Positions 1 to 12,149 of a DNA stretch of 64,000 bases are shown one piece after another (the first letter of the stretch is position 1; every line of letters starts with the position of its first letter). The notes beneath the pieces are model-generated. The model saw only the letters and a list, made by a program, of their open reading frames with translations. It was not told the DNA's origin and made no database searches. Position numbers and translations under genes: made by a program. The stretch is from Amoebophrya sp. A120 (lineage: Eukaryota; Protista; Dinoflagellata). The DNA lies in assembly GCA_905178155.1 (NCBI GenBank), contig CAJINV010000007.1:68799-132798 (forward strand). The letters run 5' to 3'.

Positions 1-184
1 CAAGAAGACCACTACCCAGAAGAACCACAACCACGTCACAAATTTCTCTTCTCTACTTGCTTCTTCTAGATCTCTGGTTACCTACCCGCTGCTGGCGCCC
101 CGGCGCGTGACGAGACGGTGACGCAGTTAATTTACATCAAAATATGGGAAGCGCATCTGCTGGGAGGCGGTGGAGGTCCTGCAG

Positions 185-1497
185 CTACAATTTACTCCTT
201 CGTAGTTTTACTTCGTCCGCTGCGTCGTTGGCTTTTGCAATCTCCTCTAACAAGCTCTTCACTGCGACGTCCTCTTCTGCACTACCGGGGGAAGAAGTTG
301 TAGATATTTTTGCCTTCAACACCCCAAGCAGGTTCGCACTAGAGGCCGCAGAACTGCTCGGCCCGATAATGATCAGCTTCGTTTTGACGCCACCCGCGGA
401 GGTCATCGCGTTCTCCACTTTTTCGTCGAACGCCTTCTTCGGATCCCTCGTGGTCTGCACCTTCTGCTGTTCGAGGAAGTTGTACAGCGGAAAAGCTACA
501 AAAGGATCAAGGGACACCTGGATGTTGCTAAAATTATTCCTTAAAACCTGCAGCGCCATCCGCAACAGAAGTTCATCCGCGATCTTCGCATTGGCGTGCG
601 GGGCATTTGTATCGCAAGAAAAAACTGTTTCACTGTAAACTTGTCATGCAGAGAATGGAACACAGAACAATTTGTCTTGCTACACCTGCAAGGCATTGGA
701 TTTTTAAGCGTGGTTTCCCTTGGGAAGCACGCATGGTAAATTTCCCCTGTCATGTGTAGCAAACTTGTGATGCGGATCCTGCAAAACCATCACAGTGAAA
801 CAGTTTTTTCGTGGGATAGTTTGAACCTTCGGTTTTCTCTACGCGAAGAAGAAGGCGGTAGTTTTTATAACCTGCTCAGCTGTTACAATCTCAAACGTTA
901 CAATAGAATATGGAAATCTGTGATGCAAGAGTGCATGTTCTAGCCAACTCTCATAGGATTGCGCATGACAAGTTCCGGCGTCCCAAACTGAACTACAATC
1001 TGGCGAAATTTGTATTGCAGAGAGAGAAACCCTCTGCGAGTCTGTCATGCTCATCATGCAACACAAGTCTCAAATTCTATTGTAACGTTTGAAATTGTAT
1101 CACCTGAGCGGGTTATAGTTTTCCTCTACTTTGGGCAGGTGTTCGGGGGAGAACTTTTTCGCGATTTTCCGTAGATCTTTGTCCTTGTATGAATTGCAAA
1201 AGCATCGTACTAGTAGAAATGGCATGACAAATTTTCTCTGCATCACAAATGGAATTTGTAATGCTGATTGGCCTTGAGAAAGAGACTTGTAATGCATAAA
1301 TGCAATTACTACGAGTACAATACTTTTGCACAGGATACCTTGATTTGCCCGGCAAAAACCTGGCTCCATTTGCTCGTTTTCATAGCGGCGGAAGTTGAGG
1401 ACGTCATTTTTGAAGAAAGCGCAGGATCTTCACTTGTGGCCATTCTAGAATTTTCCGAATAAATGAGGGACGACGAGCCCGTATTATAGTAGTTCAT
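185..1497 (-). CDS. Hypothetical protein, 4 exons, split by 3 introners (start uncertain)
   Basis: Removing 1188-1337, 866-1117 and 610-818 (each plus one 5-nt repeat) gives a continuous frame: ...WSQVFAGQIK-DKDLRKIAKKFSPEHLPKVEENY-RLLLRVEKTEGS-NAPHANAKIADELLLRMALQVLRNNF...RRSKL*. Confidence 0.7.
610..818. mobile_element. Introner (TIR intron), family TATCNCANGAAAAAACTG
   Basis: 27-bp TIR with 2 mismatches; flanks ATTTG/GTTTG; homologous to 34156-34374. Confidence 0.85.
866..1117. mobile_element. Introner, family TATAACCNGCTCAG
   Basis: ~40-bp TIR; DR GTTTT; homologous to the 42865-45406 element in opposite orientation. Confidence 0.9.
1188..1337. mobile_element. Introner, family A (TATNNNNTGCAAAAGTATCGTACT)
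   Basis: Imperfect TIR; DR CCTTG; frame restored on removal. Confidence 0.85.
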
Positions 1498-1666
1498 ACT
1501 TCTTTGCAACGCGGTAAAACTGGTGTACTGTGACAAATCACACAAACGATAATTTTTCTATTTGCTTTATTTGTGCGGCCGGAAAAACAGCATCTTACCA
1601 GCAACACTGTCTAGAAGAAAATGCGACTGTGCGTGGATGCTGCACAAGCTACACGTTTTTTCTCAA

Positions 1667-3332
1667 TATAGTTGGGGCTGAGTCCGTTACGGTTCGTTAC
1701 GGCTCGTTTCACCGTAACGAACGAATTTTCGTTCGTTCGTTACGGTTCGTTTCACCGTAACGAACGAACGAACGAGTTCGTTTGTGGCATCAGAACGAAC
1801 AAACGAACGAACGAACGAACGCACTGGCTTTGCCATCCAAACGAACGAACGAACGAACGAACGAACGNNNNNNNNNNNNNNNNNNNNNNNNNNNNNNNNN
1901 NNNNNNNNNNNNNNNNNNNNNNNNNNNNNNNNNNNNNNNNNNNNNNNNNNNNNNNNNNNNNNNNNNNNNNNNNNNNNNNNNNNNNNNNNNNNNNNNNNNN
2001 NNNNNNNNNNNNNNNNNNNNNNNNNNNNNNNNNNNNNNNNNNNNNNNNNNNNNNNNNNNNNNNNNNNNNNNNNNNNNNNNNNNNNNNNNNNNNNNNNNNN
2101 NNNNNNNNNNNNNNNNNNNNNNNNNNNNNNNNNNNNNNNNNNNNNNNNNNNNNNNNNNNNNNNNNNNNNNNNNNNNNNNNNNNNNNNNNNNNNNNNNNNN
2201 NNNNNNNNNNNNNNNNNNNNNNNNNNNNNNNNNNNNNNNNNNNNNNNNNNNNNNNNNNNNNNNNNNNNNNNNNNNNNNNNNNNNNNNNNNNNNNNNNNNN
2301 NNNNNNNNNNNNNNNNNNNNNNNNNNNNNNNNNNNNNNNNNNNNNNNNNNNNNNNNNNNNNNNNNNNNNNNNNNNNNNNNNNNNNNNNNNNNNNNNNNNN
2401 NNNNNNNNNNNNNNNNNNNNNNNNNNNNNNNNNNNNNNNNNNNNNNNNNNNNNNNNCAGCTGCGCAACGTGCGCCAAGAAAAGGCAGCGACCGCGACGCA
2501 CCCAGGGGCCGCCCGCGTGGAGGACACGCATGCAGGATTTTTGGCCCCCACACTACCGAGCCGGACCGCGGGTTTTCGGTCGCCCCCCCGTTCCGGCTCG
2601 TGGCGGCTCCCGTTAAAGTAAAGCTTATACATAAATGAAGGATACCATCGCGGGGAATACTCCGCAGGGCGGTATTCTGTATTTATGTGTCGCCACCCCA
2701 GCGGCTCGACATTCATCCACTAACAATGACCGCCAGCTGCGCAACGTGCGCCAAGAAAAGGCAGCGACCGCGACGCACCCAGGGGCCGCCCGCGTGAAGG
2801 ACACGCATGCACGATTTTTGGCCCCCGCACTACCAAGCCGGGCCGGCTCGCTCGGATGCCTCGGGCTTCGCCTAGAAGAACACGAGCAAGCGCGCGACCT
2901 TGCCGTAATCGGACGGACGTCCAGGGCTCCGCTCGGACGCTCCGCTTGGACCGCCGAGACGAGCATGCCGCCGCATTTCTCTTTGACGGGCAACCGCCTA
3001 CCAGAAGATCTCGCCGGACTTGTTCGCTAAAGAGAAAAGCACAAAGCCAGCGCCGGACGTTCTTCGCCGTCTCGCGGAAAGACGACGAGGGAGTTTTCAC
3101 CTTTTGCAGTGTTCACGCACGGGCGTCTTTTTTCCAAAATCGGATTCGTTCGTTACGGCGTGCCGGCGCGTAACAAGCTCGTTCGTTACGGTGAAACGAA
3201 CCGTAACGAACGAACGGAAATTCGTTCGTTACGGTGAAACGAACCGTAACGAACCGTAACGAACGAACGAAAATTCGTTCGTTACGGTGAAACGAGCCGT
3301 AACGAACCGTAACGGACTCAGCCCCAACTATA
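1667..3332. mobile_element. Non-autonomous DNA transposon with long TIRs and (AACG)n subterminal arrays; contains assembly gap
   Basis: TATAGTTGGGGCTGAGTCCGTTACGGTTCGTTAC at 1667 is mirrored at the 3332 end; AACG/CGTT repeats at both ends; internal direct repeat ~2458-2570 vs ~2734-2845. Confidence 0.8.
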
Positions 3333-4084
3333 CTCTTTTTTCTAATTACTGCTTCATCATACCACCGTGTTTGCGTTTTGATCACATCAACTCACGACGC
3401 TGCAATCTAATATTATCATGTAAAAAGATCCAACTGTCAATCACGGTGGTGCTACACGCATACAGAATTTACTTTGACATGACACGCGGAGGTACGAAAC
3501 ATGACGGCATGATCGTTTGTCGCGACAACAGTACTTGATCACCAATATAAGAAAAAGTTGGTAGTTCGCCCGTGTAGTGTTTATTAATTTTTTAGACGTC
3601 ATGTCGCGAATACTAGATGAAATTACAATATAAGGCAGCCGCGCCGGCTGCACTGCCACGCACTTACAGAATTAGTTTGGCATGCAGAAGTAACATTTCT
3701 TGCAATACAACAACAGGATCGACGAAAGAAAAAATTGATCTCACGCCAGTGTCTTAGCTTGCAGATAAAGATATCGTAAATGACTACAATTTCAAGCAGC
3801 CGCGAAGGCATCGTATTGGTCGTCCTCTTGCTGACGGAACGACGAGAGCAGTGAGAGAGATCTGTCAAGAGAAAAAGCTTTGAATCACGACAGCCGGGTT
3901 TGGAGTAGTTTTTGCATAAGTGCTTATCGTTGTGATTGAGAGCCGGGCGCGGCGTCGTGATCTCCTGATGGTTTTCACCCCTTCCAAGCTGCCAGGGAAC
4001 ACAAATAAAACAGCTGAGAGCGTTTGTAATTTTCATGCACCGCGAAAAACATGAAAAATGGTTCAAAAAATGTAAGAACCAGCA

Positions 4085-5073
4085 CCGGTCGACCATGAAA
4101 CAGTCCAAAGACCCGATGTCTTCATTGCTTTGCGGAATCAAATCCGCTCGCCACATGTACTGCGCCCTCGGGTTTTGTTTCTGCTTCTTCGTCCACTCGG
4201 TAATTTGCTGTACTAAATTCTTTGTCTGCTTACTGTTATCCCGTCGCTGTACTAAACTCCAAAAAGGTTCGAAGGTCGGAAACGCCAAATTTTTGTGCAT
4301 CAAAATCAATTCGTCCTTCGAAAGAACTTTTGTTTCCCCGCCGGGGCGGAGAGGGTTACTACTGGGGGGCTGTGGTGTTGCTTTGAAGATGTTTTATGCT
4401 TCTTCAAACTTATGTTTTTCCCGGCCGAAGAAAGCGAAGAAATCATCTTGAAGGCGATGATCTTTTCGTCGTAATCCCTCGAGTTTTCGACTAAATTCTT
4501 CCAGTCGCCGAACCGTTTCTGGAAGTCGGTCAAGGAATCCTTGTCCGCATTAAAAACGGGCTGGTCCTTGAACAGCGTGATGTATTTCTTACTGCTGTCG
4601 CCTGAATTGTTGCCCTGCCCGACCTGCTGCTGCTTGTTGTTCATCATGGCCATGAACTGCATCATTTGGTCGAATGTGATGTATTGGCCCGGCTGCACCG
4701 GAGGATCAGGATTATTGTCGGAGGGGGCCTCCGACTGCGGGGTAGGGGCGTGGGACGGATTGTGACTGGGCGACTGCTCGGTGTAGTGGTCGTCGTGGTC
4801 GTAAAACAGGTCGACGATCGCCGCGAAAGTGGCCTCGTCCATAATTTTCATGTCGCTGTCCGGGTGGATGTCCCGGTCGTACTTGCTGACCAGCTTGATA
4901 ATGTAATGCTGGTCGTTGTAAGTCAAGTCCCCCGCTTCCATTTCGTCCTCCGGCAGCATTTCCGTGATGAAGACGCGGCTGTCGTCGTGAACACACAGGA
5001 ACACGTATTTCCGGTCTTCGATGGTCACTCCCCGGTTGGGGAGAAATTTCAAATACCCCGGAGCAGGTGGCAT
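4085..5073 (-). pseudogene. Degenerate gag-like/retroelement-like ORF
   Basis: MPPAPG...KDQPVFNADKDSLTDFQKRFGDWKNL...; continues after a frameshift (~4415) and one stop as ...NIFKATPQPP...KDELILMHKNLAFPTFEPFW. No introners. The gag assignment is pattern-based only. Confidence 0.4.
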
Positions 5074-7422
5074 TTTTGATTTTGGTTTTCCTGCTGCAAA
5101 GAGCAAAAAAAAATTTTGATGTTGCTTGTGGCTATGGAAAAATTGAAAAGGATAAGAATTATTCTTCCGTAACGATCTTGCTACTTGGCTTATACTAGGA
5201 AGGGATGAAGTTCGTTAAAGAAGAAAAATAATATTAACAGTTCTGAAAAAAATGCCGTATTTATACTTGCAAACAGTGTGAATTTTTAAATTTTAATTCT
5301 AGATAGCCATATACAAAACGTCAAAAAAAGCAAATTTGGCAGCATTCCGTGCTGTATTCTTACTTTGGTTTTTCCAAAAAAAACAGCATTGGGTACAAAA
5401 AATGCATTACAAATTGTGAATTTGTACCGAAATACTCACCGACGGGTGGGCAAAAAAATCTTCTTAATGTTTCAAAGAGTAATTTCGTAGCTGGCCCAAG
5501 TCTTTCGTGGATGTTACGGTTACCGAATTTGCATTACAAATGTAGAAAAATGCAATGGCTTATTTTGTATACCGAAAATGATCTACGACACCTACGAAGG
5601 AAGACGAAGCGAAGAATAAAACTATTGCTTCCGATGGGGTGGGTAGGCATTTACGGGAATGGGAATAAACATTCAGGCTCTCCACCAATGTTGGACCGAC
5701 GACTCGAACAACAAATAGAGATAGAACTCAGCTCGAGTTTCGCACGATCGCATTCGTTGAGATACCCACAAAAGACTGTCATTTGGTGTGTGTACAAGAA
5801 TTGCTCAATTCGATTTCGTGCATCACAGATTCATCTTTTCTCGCATCAATTTCTCTTTGTGTAAAAAACAAGAAAAAACATTTTCACGAAAAAAGTGCAT
5901 GACAGACATTTTGTTTCTTCACAGACTCAGTGTGGGACAACAGTTTTCACCCCTTCATCCAAGCTGCCAGGGAACACAAATAAAACAGCTGAGAGAATGC
6001 GCTTAGGCAGTTATTGTTCCTCTTTTCCACTTATAAGGTGGCCCACTGGCGCACTTAGCAACCCACACGCAGTGTGAGTGCTTTACCTTCGACTTCGCCT
6101 TTTTTGTAAAAATCCCGCACAAAGAAATTTGAGCAAGACCAAGACGTGGTAGTTATGCAATTTATCCAAAGTATGTGGTGGACTCTTCATGTTGTATCTT
6201 TATCAAAACTGGCAAGCTCCAGGCTGCAACTGCATGCAATTGCAAGAGCAGGCCATAGAAGAAGTCTCATTAAATTCATCAATTTCATCCACTGCGACTG
6301 CCAAAAGATCGCCCACGAGGCGCAATATGGATATAAACTAAGATTGATCGTTGTCCCGGGAATATGTTTTCAAAACTGAGTAGCACGCGCACTTGTGCAA
6401 CTCCCTCACGCCTTCGCCTTCACTGGTTTCTACGACTCACCAGCAGCTTTGCGGCTAACGCTAAGTTGTTGAGCAGACATTTTTACCACAATGTTCGCTA
6501 TGAGATGAAAAAAGAATCGTACACTCTATATGTCGAGAACTTCAGTTCTGTATAAAAAAAAAAAACTTTTCTACTTCTATTCCAAAAATAAATCACATTC
6601 ATGTGGTCTAGACATGATCGAGAGCTGATCCTCTAGTTCTTAGTTCCATCTTCCAAAAGCGTCATTCACCGAGAAGCATACTGGCACTGTAGGCAGGAGG
6701 AGGAGCAGCCCCCATGCGGAATATGACGAGTTTGTAACTTCTGATGGTGATGTACATGTAGAGATCTCGTCTTCTATATTCATAAGTTCCTACAAAACTT
6801 CCTCCTGCTCAGGCCGCCTATGCATCTCGTCGGGCCATGCTGAGATAACACAGGGTTTCCTGCAAAGGCCGCATCTTGTATGTATCTCGTGCTGTGCTGG
6901 GATTCTTTCTTTCTTTCTTTCCATGCCTGGGCATGGCATCAATTTTTCGAGGCCCGTGCTGGGATAAGTGAAGAAGTTGTTAATACGTGGCGCTCGACTT
7001 GGTTTCAGGAGTGCTTCATCATACAACTACGCCCAGTGGTCAAACGCTGGAATGTCAATGCCTACTGAGCTATAGTACATCTACAAATACAATCATCTCG
7101 TATATCATAATAATGATTATGATTTCAATTTATGAACCTCCGCCAAATGCTATAATGCCCTTTCTTCCCTACTTTCCTACGGGTACTAATTGTTCACAGG
7201 TGTGGCAAATCAGGTCTTCTTCCACCTCTTTCCACGCACGACGCGCAGTCCCGGCGGCCAGCGAAGGCTTGCATATCCATGCGCGGGAAAGAAAACCAGA
7301 GTCTACGTGCCACGACAAAGTTTCAGCTTCTTCGTGTGTTGCAGAAGAGCACTATTTCTACACCACGGCACCCGTTGTAAGTACTTCTCGCTCATCGTCT
7401 CCTCCGACCTGGTGCTGCGTAC

Positions 7423-9664
7423 TTAGTTCCAGGGTCGCGACAGTTGTATCGTCAATTTCAGCGAGTACAACGACCCGTCGCCCTGTTCCTTTTTAACCTT
7501 CATTTCTAGGTGCGTGTGCGTTGTAAAGCCAACCGCTTCGGACATGTTGTTCACTGCAACATGGCCATGGGGTCCAATAACAAGCCTGCCGCGGCGGCGG
7601 CGGCGGAACGAAGCTGCAGCTTCCTGAGAAAGCCGCACGGGCCGCGTCCCAATGACGAGCACTGGCGTTTCAGATGTGCCAGACAAGACCCACCTACATG
7701 TGGCGTGTGGCGGACCTGCTGCCAGTGCGATCTCGAGGACCTTCAGAAATTCCGTGTAGAACGATTTGGAGTCCACAACATCCTGGAACCGCGGAGAATG
7801 CAGTTCTACGTAAGGCTCCAACAACTCTGCCAGCAGGAGCGACTCCTTATGAACTGCAAAAGTATCGTACTCGTATAAATGCATTACAAATTTCCTCAGC
7901 GTGAGAGATAAAATTTGTCATGCGGATTTACGTTAAGAAAAAGATTTGTAATGCAAGACTTGCATTTATACGAGTACGATACTTTTGCACAGGATACTCC
8001 TCCGGCGGCGGCGATGCTGGGCGGCGGGAAAGCAAAGCCGCAAAGGTTTCGTGTCAAATGTAAAAATGTCTGGGTCTGGAAGATTGATGCCAGGTTTGTC
8101 ATGCACATTTTGCATGACTCCTGATCGATCTGTGATATGCATGCCCTAGCATCACAGATTTTGTGAGGACTTCCTGATGCTTATACCGCATGACAAATGC
8201 TCTTTCCGTGTAGCAAAACTTGGACTCTCTTTGCTGCTCATGCAATACAGATTTTTTTAGAATCCAAAAGCAGCATGACAAGTTGCATTCTTCCAGACAT
8301 CCAGGGATTTTTACATTTGATATTTCGTTTGCTGCAGCAAGTTCGGGATGAAAAATCCAGCGCTTCAAACGCTTCTGCTATCCTGTGCAAAAGTAAATCG
8401 CACTCGTACTAATTGCAGTTATGCATTACAAATCTAGCTGTTAAGGTAAATCAGCATTACAAATTCAGGTTTGTAATGCTGAGCTAATTTGTATTGCGAT
8501 TTATACTAGTACGATACTTTTGCACAGGATATTCTGCTATCCTGTGCAAAAGTAAATCGCACTCGTATTTTCAATCGCAGCCATGCATGACAGATCTATA
8601 AGTTACTAAGGGAAATTCGCATTACATGTGGTTTAGCCTAGCGCTTAAGGCTCCGGGGAATAAAACCTTTTCAAGGCTCCGGGGAATAAAACCTTTTCCG
8701 TGCATATATTAAAAAAAAACTCAAACTGAAACAACACACGCCTGGGATTATGGAAGCATATATTTACATTGTGCTAATACTTTCTTGTAATTAGAGCGGG
8801 GGAACAAATGGCCCGTTAACTCGCACCCGCGAGTTAGCCGTCCGCGCGGCCGGCCGGACGCCGGTTAACTCGCGGCTAGAAGTGTTGACAAGTCGAAAGG
8901 TGGCGCAAATCTAAAAACCCGAAGTGCTCCAAAATTTGTAATGCAAATTTCATTCTTTCCGTCTCCCTTCGGAAAAATTTGTCATGCGATCTGTACTAGC
9001 GCGATGCTTTTGCAATGCGTATCTGCTTGACCGCGACAAATTCCTCGGCGAAGTTGACCGGTTTCGACGTGCCGGCAAGCAAATTCCAAAGGTTATCAAA
9101 TGCGAAAGTGTAAGTGTCTGGGTCTGGGAGATTCTGATACTTGTCACGCACGTTTTGCATGAGCCATGATGTCTGTGATGCATGCCGTAGCATCACAGAA
9201 TTTTCAAGGGGCTCTTGATGCCTATTTCGCATGACAAATGCCCTATCCGCGTAGCAAAAATTACATTCCCTTATTTGCTACTCATGAAATACAAATTTTT
9301 TTGGAATCCAAATGCAGCATCACAAGTTGCATTCTTCCAGACCCAGACATTTTTGCACTTGATACAGGTTCGATGGTAATGGAGAATTCACACACGTTGC
9401 TTTAAGCAGGTTCCGAAAATGGGCTGCGACTTTCCTCGTGTCCGCCCCCGGCGGGGGCGCGCTGCCGGCCGCAACTCTTTCCAGCACTGGTTCCGGAAGA
9501 TCTGCCAACGACATTTTTGGAGATGTTCCGTGATTCCCCGCGGCTCGGCAGCCAAGCGGCGCCATCACTCCCATCAGGGAAAAACCGACAAGAAACACCA
9601 TGGAACCAACAACACTCGTGGTGGAGGTCCGCACACGACGGGAGGCGTGCAGCAGCGTCAGCAT
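7423..9664 (-). CDS. Putative secreted protein with F-box-like motif, paralog 1
   Basis: N-terminal hydrophobic stretch, then SLADLPEPVLERVA. Spliced frame: ...LPSN-LWNLLAGTSKPVNFAEEFVAVKQ-KRLKRWIFHPELAAANE-TFAALLSRRPASPPPEE-SLLLAELLEPY...SRPWN*. Aligns with paralog 2. Confidence 0.8.
7848..7996. mobile_element. Introner family A
   Basis: TIR; DR CTCCT; site empty in paralog 2 (~16365). Confidence 0.9.
8052..8322. mobile_element. Introner family B (TATCAAATGYAAAAATGTCTGGGTCTGGAAG)
   Basis: TIR (left end reads TGT); DR TTTCG; site empty in paralog 2. Confidence 0.9.
8379..8531. mobile_element. Introner family A (first of tandem pair)
   Basis: TIR; DR TTCTGC. Confidence 0.85.
8538..9021. mobile_element. 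Introner family A, expanded by nested insertions
   Basis: DR TCTGC; orthologous to 16472-16643; contains a ~25-bp tandem duplication (~8647-8697) and a GAGCGGGG-type TIR end at 8794. Confidence 0.8.
9094..9364. mobile_element. Introner family B
   Basis: TIR; DR AAGGT/CAGGT. Confidence 0.88.
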
Positions 9665-9787
9665 TCTGTAGTTGCGGGCTACTTATTTCTTTGTTGCTAA
9701 AGAGAGGGTCAGGCTTTTGAAAGCTGTGTGTTAAGATGCGCTTAGTTGGCAAGGCTGGTGTCGTGGGGTGTTACACCTCCAGTGGAA

Positions 9788-11064
9788 TTATCATGTAGTG
9801 CACAACTCCCGCTCCCCCTCATCTGTAGTGCATGCATGGCAACACAAGCAATGGTAGATATGAGGCTCCCGCATGACAAATCTCCAGACCGATCGCAGTA
9901 CTGTTTGAGGCTCCGAGATTTGTCATGCGGACAGTGCTTCATCATCATCATGTAGTGGACACCCGCACCCAGCGCCACAGGTCAAGGATCCCCTCCCCGG
10001 GGGGTGGGCGAGGAAGCACTTTCGGCGACCTCCACATACAAAAGCCGAGCGCTACCACGGCAAGTCGCCCCAATAGAAGTACCAACCAGTCGGGAGCTAC
10101 CCACCACACCTGATCAGTACAGCCCGGCCANNNNNNNNNNNNNNNNNNNNNNNNNNNNNNNNNNNNNNNNNNNNNNNNNNNNNNNNNNNNNNNNNNNNNN
10201 NNNNNNNNNNNNNNNNNNNNNNNNNNNNNNCATACAGAACGATCCAGGACCCGACCCATTTTACGCCATAAGTTTTTGTTCTCACGGAAGAGACGACGCA
10301 CCCCTTTGGGCTAAGGGGCGTCGCATGTGAGACAACGCAAAATGAGAAATGTCGGAACTGCTCTAAGACCATATTCCCCCTGGAGCCCAAGCTTCGACAT
10401 TGGTCGCGATGCAAAAACCCTCCCGACAAATAGCCCTGCAAGGTGTACAAACCTAGGACTCCAGTGTCAAGCAGGTGGAGTGTAACTCTGTTTGTTTCCG
10501 CTAGCAGCCCGCATACAGACATTCATAAATAAAGCTGTTTCAGATGTAGATTTGGATGCACTAAAAGCACAAGAAAAATATAGTCCCTGATCATTCCGCC
10601 CCCAAAGCCGCCCCCACGCGCTTGGTCAGCAATATGTATCCACGCCACGAAGAGAAAGCACGCCTCGATCTTTACATGGGTCTTGACCAAAAAGAGCACG
10701 CCTCCACGACGGCGAAGCGGCTATCGGCGACTTTGAACAGGAAGCACGTGGCGGAGCCCCTGGGTAGCCGCGGTTTGGCCTTGTCCGATACGCTATAATT
10801 AGCGGAGTCATACGACTCAAGTACACGATCACTGGAGGAGCCTCTGCGGTGCGACGGCAGCGTGTACTTCAGACCGTTGATTCACTGGCAGCAGGGGGAG
10901 AAACCCCTGCTGTTACATCTTGTCTCCTTCCTTCTCATCCAATCTAGGTCGCAGCCGTCTGCACCCGGCTGCCTAAAACTTACTCTCAAGGGGCCCAGTG
11001 CAGTGGGCCCCGCTCTCGACGGTTTCTACTAATTTAGGCTCGCCTTGAGCCAAAATGGCTACGG
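9788..11064 (-). mobile_element. Spliced-leader-capped retro-insertion (contains 100-N gap)
   Basis: Begins with DinoSL; flanked by a 35-bp direct repeat at 9753-9787 and 11063-11097 (the second overlaps the SL by 2 nt); (TGA)n-like tail near 9940-9952 on the - strand. Confidence 0.7.
11044..11064 (-). other. Dinoflagellate spliced-leader (DinoSL) sequence, genomic relic
   Basis: Reverse complement reads CCGTAGCCATTTTGGCTCAAG, identical to the conserved 21 nt of DinoSL. Confidence 0.95.
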
Positions 11065-12149
11065 CTGGTGTCGTGGGGTGTTACACCTCCAGTGGAAAAA
11101 TTATGGTAGAAGCAGTAAATTTTGGTTGGTTCTAGATCTTAGAGGCAGAGACGGAAGAACATGAAGTAACAACGCAACGGAGAGAGGGAGGGGGGACAAC
11201 ACTTCTGCCTGTAACGTCCAAAGAAATCGAACCACGCTGCTTTGGGAAAAGTAGCCCTAAGTGGCAAGAAGAACTTTGGCGCTCGCTTAAAACGGTGATC
11301 CCAGTGTACATGGCGGTTACAGGCGCCGGCTCCACCATCCATGCACTCACCGCTTTAACGTGTTGGAAGGAAAAGAGTCGGAGGAAGAAATCAAAACCAC
11401 AACACGCACACAAACCGGGATCAAGAAAATTAGATCGCGTGGACCGATGATAACCGAAGGCAAAATACGAAGACCCGATCGAACAATGACGATACGCTAC
11501 GACCCGTACGAGCTTCGAGTTAATGCGAACTTACGATAGGTCTTAGATTACGTAAACGACAAATATCCAAGTACGAGCGAGGTATACAGGAAAGTGTGCG
11601 ACGTAGACGAACTGAAAATCAAAGGTCAAGAACGGACGAGACGATATCATGTACGAGCGCGGCGATGGAAATGCACAGGGGAGATATAGGCCTATAGTCA
11701 AGTACCGATGGATCGCAATTGTGATCTTCACGCACACTCAACAACGCACACAAACATCGAGCGAAAAGAAGCGAGAGTCGGTGTCGATGAGAAGTTGTTG
11801 CCCTGTCGAAGTGCTTTACTTTTGTTTTTTTCATTTGATGCATCGATAAGAGGGGAAGGAAAAACTGTACCTAGGTGCCATTACAGCAAATAACCCATTC
11901 ATTCGCATTTTATGCTTTTTTTTTATCATTCAAATACAAGTCAATGAACATTCATCAGTGCATCATCACAATAGAAGAAAATGATATACTGTGTCCGGGA
12001 TTTCATCGTGTTAATTGGAGTGTGATTTTTGGGTCATATAAAAGTAAGGTTTGAATATCGCAGTGTCCGCTCTGCTGATTACGACGGACCTGGTGACGGT
12101 GGATCCTTTTGGAACTTGTCTGCTTCCTTGACCGATCATCATTTGGCTG

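Larger units (their letters stand above)
5940..9700. repeat. Segmental duplication copy 1 (paralog of ~14800-17640)
   Basis: Shared blocks, e.g. CTAGACATGATCGAGAGCTGAT (~6608 / ~14984) and TTCCGAAAATGGGCTGCGACTTTCC (~9411 / ~17347). Confidence 0.85.

Noticed and set aside
1672-2716. Long ORFs in all six frames
   Set aside because: Artefacts of the N gap and AACG repeats.
11000-11064. SL RNA gene
   Set aside because: No GT donor or T-rich terminator after the leader, and a long target duplication abuts it. A GC donor cannot be fully excluded.
11200-11850. + strand coding-like remnant
   Set aside because: Multiple stops and no recognisable domain.
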